From: the human T2T-CHM13v2.0 reference genome, Homo sapiens
Length of the DNA: 64,000 nt
Direction: 5' to 3' (one strand)
Assembly: GCF_009914755.1 (NCBI RefSeq)
Contig: NC_060948.1
Below are positions 55,226-64,000 of the stretch, in pieces (position 1 is the stretch's first letter; the number at the start of each line of letters is the position of its first letter). Made by a program: the position numbers and the translations under genes. The notes below the pieces were generated by a model. It saw only the letters and a program-made list of their open reading frames with translations. It was not told where the DNA came from and ran no database searches.

Positions 55226-55249
55226 ACACTTAATCATAGAAAATGTCAG

Positions 55250-56200
55250 ACACATTTGAATTTTTTGGTAACTTTTACCTTATTTCCATACTGTCTTCTC
55301 TGCCTACACCCCTTCCCCTGCCTCAAATCTGGACCATAAATTTGGCATTTAGTCTTTACACATATTTTAAAATTGTTGCTATATATTAGCTATTCAGAAA
55401 CTACACATAGACATGTTTTGCATGATTTAAAGCTATAATGATGTAAAGCACTTATGCAAATAAATCATTTATATTGTGCATATCCTTCTGTTACTTGCCA
55501 TTGCTCTTGCCTGGAATTTGTTAGATTTTTTTATGTTAATATATCTCTACTTGACTCATTTGTTCTACTGTTCATGTTTTCATCGTGTGGCTATACAACC
55601 CGTGGCTTTATTCCTCTACTGATGAAAACTTAGATTGTTTCCAGTTTTTTGCTCTCATGAAAAATGCCTCAAGGAGCATTCCCATACTTGTCCTTTTGAA
55701 CACCAATATGAGCAATTCTTCAGTATGCGTAATGAAGAGTGAAGTAGCTGGCTCAGAGGATAGGTGTATTTACTTATTATTGCTTAGCAAAATGGGGTTT
55801 GAAACAATTTACATTCTGACTATTTAAACTGAAACTTTAAAATATTTGCTGATCTGATTGTTATGATGTAATAATGTATTGTAGTTATTATTTTTTTTTT
55901 TTGCAGAGACAGGGTCTTGCCACGTTGCCCAGGCTGATCTCGAACTCCGGACCTCAAGTGAACCTCCCACCTCTGCCTCCCAGAGCTCACTTATATTTTT
56001 TATTTGCATTATTCTGGTTATCAGTGAAGTCAAATATCATTTTATGTAGTTATTAGTCATTTGAATTTTCTGAGAATTTCCTGTTTATATTATTTGACCA
56101 TTTTTTTGGTAATAGATTTATAGAAATGTACACACACACACATACATACATTTTGACTATGAAATCTTTCATATTATATATATTTACATACATATATTAC
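55250..56200 (-). mobile_element. old L1M fragments
   Basis: GATTGTTTCCAGTTTTTTGCT, AGTGAAGTAGCTGG, TTTGCATT..TCTG.TTA.CAGTGA motifs. Confidence 0.6.
55888..55988 (-). mobile_element. partial Alu left arm / FLAM
   Basis: GAGACAGGGTCTTGCCACGTTGCCCAGGCTG..CTCGAACTCC. Confidence 0.85.
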
Positions 56201-56354
56201 TGATACACAACATTTGTCAATTACATGCACAAAACCCTTATAACAACAGCAGTTTATGTTTTTTTGTCTTGTTTATTATTGTGTGTCAAAGTAGTGGCTA
56301 AACAATTTATTGAATAACTTTTGAGGCTATCAAAATATCAATCACTTCTGTGTC

Positions 56355-56401
<47 letters not shown>

Positions 56402-56550
56402 GGGTGTCATGCTGTTGCTCAGGCTGGTGTGCAGTGGCATAATTATATGGTCATAGTTCACTGCAGCTTTGAAATGCTGGCCTCAAGCAATTCTCCTGAC
56501 TTAGCCTCCCAAGTGTCTGGGACTACAGGTGAACTCCATACCACACCTCG
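56355..56550 (-). mobile_element. AluJ right-arm fragment with (GT)n(GA)n in place of the tail
   Basis: dinucleotide tract 56355-56397, then CAGGCTGGTGTGCAGTGGC...GGGACTACAGG. Confidence 0.8.
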
Positions 56551-56638
56551 ATGAGATTTGTGTTCTTCATGTCTAGTTAAGAAAACTTTTAGTGTTCAAA
56601 GCCATGACAACACTTTAATCTAGTTTACTCAGGTGCAA

Positions 56639-56643
<5 letters not shown>

Positions 56644-56680
<37 letters not shown>
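56644..56680. repeat. (TA)18 microsatellite
   Basis: directly counted. Confidence 0.95.
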
Positions 56681-56683
<3 letters not shown>

Positions 56684-57494
56684 TCAAAATAGCCTTCCTG
56701 TAAAGTCATCTGATACTGAACTCCAATAGTTATCAAGTCAGGTTATTTAGGCATTTAGGCTGCAAGAAATGTTATCATAGCTGCAAAACAGAAAATAAAA
56801 TGCACATAACATGCTCAGGCTTAATTGATAATAAAAAGTAAAATAATCACCATAATTCTAAAGTATCTTTAAAAGCCAGAACAGGAACATAGGTAAAACA
56901 AAACCACCTTTGTTGAAATCTCATTGGTGTCAGACATGTTCCATTATGCAAACAATTGGAAGTCCACAGCAATGAGTATTTGAGCTAATTTCCAATACAA
57001 ATGCCTCCTATTTAAGGGTTTAGGATGTTCATGCTAAGCCTAGCTTTGGCCTTTCTTAGATCATTTTACTCTAATTCCTACAAAAGTTCACATGAGATAA
57101 TATATCTTGGTTCCTATGTACAAAACTAACCAACTGAGGTGGGCTAAGCTGTACACAAACCCCTATAAATAAACTCAACTTCTTTTAATGGCTAGTCTGC
57201 AAGCTGACATTTTGCTTCATAAATTATTCTGTATCATCATTTCAAATCAGTTTACCAGGGCTTGATCTGTGCTGCATAAATAGATAAAAATTGTATTTTG
57301 GGACAGGTTTAGACTGTATTGATCTGAGAGCAGAGGCGATGGTATTCATCAGTGTAGGCTCTAGCCTTTTTGCCATCAAAATACCTCGGCAGAATCAGAT
57401 GTAAGTGTCGTGTGGTTAAAAGAGAGTTAACTGTCTAGATAATTCTTATAACGCCTTGAAAGAGGCATTAGCTGTTGCAAGACATGACTTGCAC

Positions 57495-57921
57495 CAACTA
57501 ATTTTATATGTCACCTGGGCTGGGTCAGAGGATGCCCAGATACCTGCTTAAACATGATTTCCAGTGATGTCTGTGAGGCTCTTCAGAATGAGATTAGCAT
57601 GTGAATCAGCTGACAACGTGGGCAAAGAGCTTGCCCTCTGCAGTGTGGGCGGCTGTCACCCAATATGTTGAGACACTCAATAGAACAAAAGGCAGATGAA
57701 GGAGGAATTCAGCTTTCTCCTTTTTCTTTTGCCTTACTGCTTGAGTGGAGACATCTCATCATCTGCTGCCTTGGATAGGGCTTTTACACTATCAGCTCTC
57801 TAGTTCTTGGGCTTTCAGATTCAGATTGAATGATGCATCTGCATTTCTTGGCTCTTCAGTTATAGATGGCAGATCATGAGAATTTTCAGCCTCCTCAATT
57901 TCATGAGCCAGTTTCTTAATA

Positions 57922-57965
<44 letters not shown>

Positions 57966-58093
57966 CATCATAATCATTATCTATCTATTATCTATCATCT
58001 ATCTATTATCTATCTATTTATCTAGCTCTCTCTATCCAGTTGGAAAAGCAATCTCCAATTGGCTCTGTTTCTCTGAAGAACCCTGACTAATAA
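57495..58093 (+). mobile_element. MLT2-like (ERVL) solo LTR containing (TATC)10
   Basis: TAATTTTATATGTCA, GAGATTAGCAT, AATAGAACAAAAGGCAGA, TCTGTTTCTCTG.AGAACCCTGACTAATA; STR at 57924-57963. Confidence 0.88.
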
Positions 58094-58334
58094 TTTATAC
58101 TATCCATGCAATGGCCTGTCACCAGCATGGAAAATCTGGAAAAAAATGCAAGTAATTATAGACCTACCTGATAAATGCACATTCTTTAGATTTCTCTTAG
58201 CAAAGTTGCTTGGACAATTGACCCAAGCCCTCTGTGTAGTTTACGGCATACTAGCCAGGTTGGCATGGACTCATAAGTAGTTATAAGTGAGGAAAAGCTG
58301 CGAGTAACCAATACAGTGCCTACTACAGCTTAGG

Positions 58335-58830
58335 GCTTTAGGTCAGGGTCCCAAAATGGGGCTCATAAAATGGAGTTCTTGGAACTCTCAGGGAGGGGAA
58401 GCCAGCCGAGGAATGAGGAAGCAGGTTAGAAAATGGAGAAAGTCAAATAGAGTGTGATTTCTGCAAAGTCCCAGGCTCAGTGTGACGTCTGGGGAGCACT
58501 GAGCCTTACATAATGTCTTAGAGGATTTCTGACTCATCTTTTTTTTTTATTTTTATTTTTTGCCTGAAAGTAAGGGAGCTGGGTATTCCTCTCTACCCCC
58601 ATTCAATTACTGGTGATGTTGGGGCTTTGGTGACTGAGAAGATAGAGATGCAGAATGAGAAGTGACATTAACTACTGGTATTTCTCCGTGTTCCAGTGAC
58701 CCAATGACAACAGTTTCCCTTATAAAAGTCTTAGAAAAAAAGTACTCAACAGTGAGTGGTTGTCTCACAGAGGGTAAAAGGGAGCTGCTGACAATTTGGC
58801 AGAGCAACAACTTTGGCTACAGTGGTCACA
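58335..58830 (-). mobile_element. old ERVL LTR (LTR16-like)
   Basis: GAGGAAGCAGG, AAAGTCCCAG.CTCAG, AAGGGAGCTGGG motifs; weak. Confidence 0.35.
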
Positions 58831-59504
58831 CAATTTTACTGAACTAAAACCCCATCTGTCTGTAGACTCTGCAATGGTTTAATCTGTAGTACATTGAAGA
58901 TTTTTTTTTTAAAGAAATGCAGCAGAAATTCATCTTGATCTCAAAAATATTCCTTAAAAAATAATAATATAATTGTGTTTTTGGTTTTTCAGAAATCATC
59001 CTTGAAGAAAATTGTCTAATCACAAAATATCCTTTAAGAATTCTGTCAGCCTTGTGTGGCTGGTCAAATCTGAAGTTTGCAGAAGGGAAATTGATTGATC
59101 AGAAAAGACAGAGAGGACTACATTTTAAGAAAATAATTAAAGAGATTTATGTAGTGGCAGAAATGGTTACAACTTGGAAATCAGCCAGAAAATGCTGAAT
59201 CATGGGGATTATAGTAGGATCGGTATTCCCTCGTATAGGTTGCCTGTCAACAAAACAACAGTCGGTGAAGCGTGTGACAGGGTTTCATTCTGAAAAGTAT
59301 TCAGAAGTGCACTATTTTTCCCTGATAAAAAATTTTAAGACATGATTATCTAGTCACACAGTATTTTCCCCCTCAGATGCTCTTTTTAATTTCCTTTTTT
59401 TTCAGAACAAGAACTGTATTAGCAGTTTGATAAAAGTGCTAGTTTATTTCTAGAACTTTATTACCTGTTTATTCCTTGTCATCATTTGCCACTGTAGCAT
59501 AGGA

Positions 59505-59731
59505 AGTAGCTGATTACAGCTTGGAAGCCAAATTCTGTCCATCCCCTGCTTTTGTAAATAAAGTTTTATTGAAACTCAATAATGCCCATTCATTTATGTA
59601 TTGCCTGTGGCTGCAGTTTCATTCTGCTTTGTGCTACAAGAGCAGTACTGAGTAGCTGTGACCAAGACAACATGGCCCACAAGGCCTGAAATCCTTACTA
59701 TTGGCTCTTTATACAACTTTGACAACCCCTG
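59505..59731 (+). mobile_element. MER58A-like MITE
   Basis: TTTTGTAAATAAAGTTTTATTG, TGGCCCACAA.GCCT.AAAT, TTTGACAACCCCTG terminus. Confidence 0.85.
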
Positions 59732-60964
59732 AATTAGGATGTAGTTGAATGACAAAATCTACAGCACCTCTTTTCTTCCTCGCCTGCTTTATAGAAAACA
59801 ACAGGCCTCTGAGAAGATCTTTCAATATCCTGGGAGAAGATAAGAGGTCAGAATTTATCTCAGGAAAGACAATATATGCTATTGTCTCATGTTTTCATTA
59901 AAAGTCTGCAAAATACAGAGTAAAAAAAGATGGCGAGGAAACACATCTAACTCTGAACAATGATAGCTATTTTTTTTTGTTCTTTGCACATTTATATGAT
60001 TTTAGCATTTTAGCAATAAGCATGGAAGTATACCTTCTATAATAAAAAATATTTTTTTTAAACTCCATAAACTTGTAAAAAATATCAGAGCATTCCTTCT
60101 CTGTAATCAGTAGGTGGTGGGGTTGGATCTTGGAAGTAAATTAATTTCTCATGAGCATCTTCAGTGCCAAGAAAATTTTACTTATTCCTCCAAGAGCAAG
60201 ACAATAATTTTCTGGAATAAATATTATCATTCTTAGTTTGGGAGGCTGGAGTGATTTTTCTAGCACTGCTGTATTTGCTAAGGAAAGAGAAAGTTGGATG
60301 CACAGCTGACTTCAATGCTTGTGGTCTTTGCAGCATATTGCAAATGTAAAACTTATCAAATACTAAATGAAATCAAAGCATTAAGAGGTGTGTTCTAATA
60401 ATTAACCAAATAGTATATTGTCAGCATAACAAGAATACAACAGGGTGTTACTATTGGGACACTGTCTATTGCCAGAAAAAAATATATAATGTATTTTTTT
60501 GCATGCACACACATATGTGTGTGTGTGTGTGTGTATATATATATCTGTGGGTATACAAACACACATTAATATATGTCAAATAAATAATATGATAAAATAA
60601 GTCATGGAGTAAAGTAATTTTGGAGTGATAATCTCCATTACAAGTGTACCTATTATGGCACGCATTGATATTCATAAGTAAATAATAAGAGGTTTTAAAA
60701 AAATTTGATTATGGGCTGTATTTTCACAAGTATGTTAAGTTAGATCAGGTGCTGGTCTCATGTGCTTAAAATAAGGTTACAAGGAGCTTTTCTAGAATAG
60801 TACTCTATAGTTTTCTTCTGTTCAAGGCTACCTTTGTAGGATGTCCTCTAATAAATAACTCCATAAATTTGGAAAATGTAGTTGACCTGATTTGTACCAT
60901 GGGACTCTTCAGAGTCTTTGCCAAATTACTGCTCTTTGTGAATATTCAGGAGAGGGTGCTAGCC

Positions 60965-61170
60965 CACAGCTTTTCCAGACATGCTATGAGATAATGTTTG
61001 GCAATGTCGGAACACATTTTTGGCTGTCACCTCAGAAGGTGGTGGTGAAATTGGGATCCAGTGGATAGAGGCCAGTGATGTGGCTGAGTACCCTACAGTG
61101 CATGGGACAGCCTCTCACAGCAAGGAAATGTCCAGACAAAATATCAGTAGTCGCAAAGTTGAGAACCCTT
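60965..61170 (+). mobile_element. MER20 MITE
   Basis: TTTGGCAATGTC.GA..CATTTTTGG.TGTCAC, TAGAGGCCAG.GATG, GTTGAGAACCCT. Confidence 0.85.
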
Positions 61171-62280
61171 AGACTGGGGAGAGAAGGGATTTGAAGCAGT
61201 TCTAACTTTGCCTTAACCTGGAATATCAAGCCAAAGCCTTGAGGCATTTCACAGAACACAAGGGCTCTCAGAGGCACTGCCTGACAAAATATAACAAGTG
61301 AAGTGGGGCAATTTAGTCTAGGAGGTTTAAGGGTATCACTGTTTGTATGATGAATCAGTGAGTTTCTGAGCCAGTATGCATGAAGTTTGCAGATACCTCT
61401 GGAGAATAAATTAACACCTAGTAACTGCCTGGATGTAGCATCTCCAGGTACATCTGGTCAACCAGGTTAGGTGGGCCTAACATTCATTTACTGGATTCAG
61501 CTCAAAGACTTCTGGTAAATACAAACACTCTAAGAAGAGACAGTGCATGGAAAAAAAGTCAACATTGACTTAACATTGACTTCAGGACAGAAGCAACTAC
61601 TTTAAGTAAATAATTCACACCCGAAAGTGATTTCCAGCCCAGCTACAAGAGACAAATGTCAACCCTAGAAGAAGGCAATATTTAGATAGTATTAACTGTC
61701 CCAAGGTAAAGTTATGTACGTAAAATAAATGCATATTTCAGTTTATTTGTCATTTTACCTTGTTCCTGACATTTAACAAGTGTCAATGACTGCAAAATAG
61801 AAAAGAAGCACTTCACTAAAATCAGAAATGTGTGGGAGGATAAAAAAAGCAATGTTGGAATCTCATAACCCCATATTGTACACCAAGACAGGAAGTTCCT
61901 TCTTCCATCCTCCTGGTTTCTGGGGCTTTAGTGCACTTCATAGAATAGTGACCTGGGTGCTACTAATGCACCAGTGGTTCTAGTGGCCTGCAACAAATGG
62001 ACCCAGTCGGGAACCATAAAAGAGAAACAGAAATTCCTATATCTAGCTTAGATGGACATACTTGAAGCAGTGCACTAGCAGAAATCATTTCTTTTTGAAT
62101 TCACATAATATAAGCACCTTGAATTTAAAGAAAAACTAGAAAAGCTAGAATGAAGCAGATGGAGTGAGCCAACCAGCAGTACTCAGACCACCGTGGTTTG
62201 AATGGAATCTTAATTTGACACCTATTAACATGAAATTGGGGGAATTCATTTTAGATCATTATCAAATAAAACAGGGAGTA

Positions 62281-62620
62281 GTCCAGATGCTGTGGCTTAT
62301 GCCTGTAATCCAGCACTTTGGAAGGCTGAGGCAGGTGGATCACCTGAGGTCAGGAGTTCGACAGCAGCCTGACCAACATGGCAAAACCCTATATCTACTA
62401 CTGAAAAAAAAAAAAAAAAAGCTGGGTGTGCTGGTAGGTGCATGTAATCCCAGATACCTGGGAGGCTGAGGCAGGATAATCACCTGAATCCAGGAGGCAA
62501 AGGTTGCAGTGAGTCAAGATTGAGCCACCCCACTCCAGCCTGGGTAACTGAGCAAGACTGCCTCAAAATAAATAAAATTAAATACATATAAAAAATAAAA
62601 AATAACAAAAAAAACTAAAC
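62281..62620 (+). mobile_element. AluSx-like
   Basis: full dimer with expanded A linker and A-rich tail. Confidence 0.93.
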
Positions 62621-62770
62621 AGAGGCACATAGAAAGAATAAACTGAAGGGAAACAAGATATAAAACAATAAAATCAATTTAGAAAACATCCAAATGACTA
62701 AGATAGTAATGACATCTCTGGAAGGATATGTCCAAATAAACAAAATAAAAAGTCATAATAATAATACATG

Positions 62771-64000
62771 GAGTTAGGGAGGATTCACTCTTTTTCTATT
62801 GTTTGTAATAGTTTCAGGAAAAAAAAAAAATGGTTCCACCTCCTCTTTCTACCTCTGGTAGAATTCAAATGTAAATCTATCTGTTCCAGAGCTTTTTTTG
62901 GTTGGTAAGCTATTAATTATTGCCTCAGATTCAGAAATGGTTATTGGTCTATTTAGTGATTTGACTTCTTCCTGGTTTAGTTCCCTAGAACTAAACCCTA
63001 GAACTAGGGTGTATGTGTCCAGGAATTTATCCATTTCTTCTAGATGTTTTAGATTAATTGGATAGAGGTGTTTATAGTATTCTTTGACGGTAGTTCGTAT
63101 TTCTGTGGGATCAGTGGTGATATCCCCTTTATCTTTTCTATTGTGTCATTTGATTCTTTTCTTTTTTCTTCTTTGTTAGTTTGGCTAGCGGTCTATTTAG
63201 TTAATCTTTTCAAAAAACCAGCTCCTGGATTCATTGATTTTTTTTTTTGTTTTTTTGAAGGCTTGTTCCTGTCTCTGTCTCCTTCAGTTTAGATCTTTCC
63301 CACTTTCTCCTGTGAGCATTTAGTGCTATAAATTTCCGTCTAAACACTGCTTTAGCTCTCTCTCAGAGATTCTGGTACATTGTATCTTTGTTCTCATTGG
63401 TTTCAAAGAACTGATTTATTTCTGTCTTAATTTCCTCATTTATCCAGTAGTCATTCAGAAGCAGGTTGTTGAGTTTCCATGTAGTTGTGGAGTTTTGAGT
63501 GAGTTTCTTAATCCTCAGTTGTAATTGGATTGCAACTGAGAGACTGTTTGTTATGATTTCCCTTTATTGCATTTGCTGTGGAGTGTTTTACTTCCAATTA
63601 TGTGGTCATTTTTAGAATAAGTGCTATGTGGTGCTGAGAAGAACGTATAATCTGTTGATTTTCAGTGGAGACTTCTCTAGATGTCTATTAGGTCCACTTG
63701 GTCCAAGGATGAGTTCAAGTCCTGAATATCCTTGTTCATTTTCTATTTTGTTGATCTGTCTATTACTGACAGTGGGGTGTTAAAGTCCCCCACCATTATT
63801 GTGTGGGAGTCTATGTCCCTTTGTAGATCTCTAAGCACTTGCTTTATGAATCTGGGTGCTCCTGTATTGAGTGCATTTATATTTAGTACAGTTCGCTCTT
63901 CTTCTTGTTACGATCCCTTTACCATTATTTTATGCCCTCCTTTTATGTTTTTTGATTTTTGTTGGTTTAAAGTCTTTTTTTTAATCAGAGAAAAGGATTG
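62771..64000 (-). mobile_element. L1PA ORF2 segment lacking a 3' end; probable inverted arm, runs off the window
   Basis: begins abruptly at GAGTTAGGGAGGATTC after A-rich unique DNA; MDKFLDTY...FTFEFYQR fragment. Confidence 0.9.

Noticed and set aside
60505-60545. ACACACATATGTGTGT palindrome
   Set aside because: Ordinary alternating purine-pyrimidine low-complexity DNA

Overview
AT-rich, CpG-poor primate DNA with no supportable protein-coding gene, RNA gene or CpG island. The supplied ORFs come from L1, Alu, LTR or microsatellite sequence, or are short chance ORFs. A (TATC)11 repeat at 34433-34476 is flanked by sequences matching, from my recall, the published primers of the Y-STR DYS508. 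That would place the window on human chrY (Yq11.2, the Xp22.3-homologous X-degenerate region); this needs confirming by BLAT. Contents are about 17 Alus, 8 L1PA insertions plus older L1M/L2/MIR pieces, solo LTRs (LTR12F-, LTR7-, LTR26-, THE1-, MLT1/MLT2-like) and hAT MITEs. The interesting signal is mechanistic rather than genic. Three clear and one probable twin-primed (5'-inverted) L1s are present, three with breakpoints in the same ~120 nt of L1. There is also a head-to-head L1 chimera with two 3' ends, a candidate short 3' transduction, a TSD-flanked mini-insertion, several snap-back or templated-insertion scars, a solo LTR7 with an extra repeat unit and a tandemly duplicated MLT1B. I see no convincing new gene system. 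Subfamily calls are by eye against remembered consensus sequences, and boundaries of old repeats are approximate.
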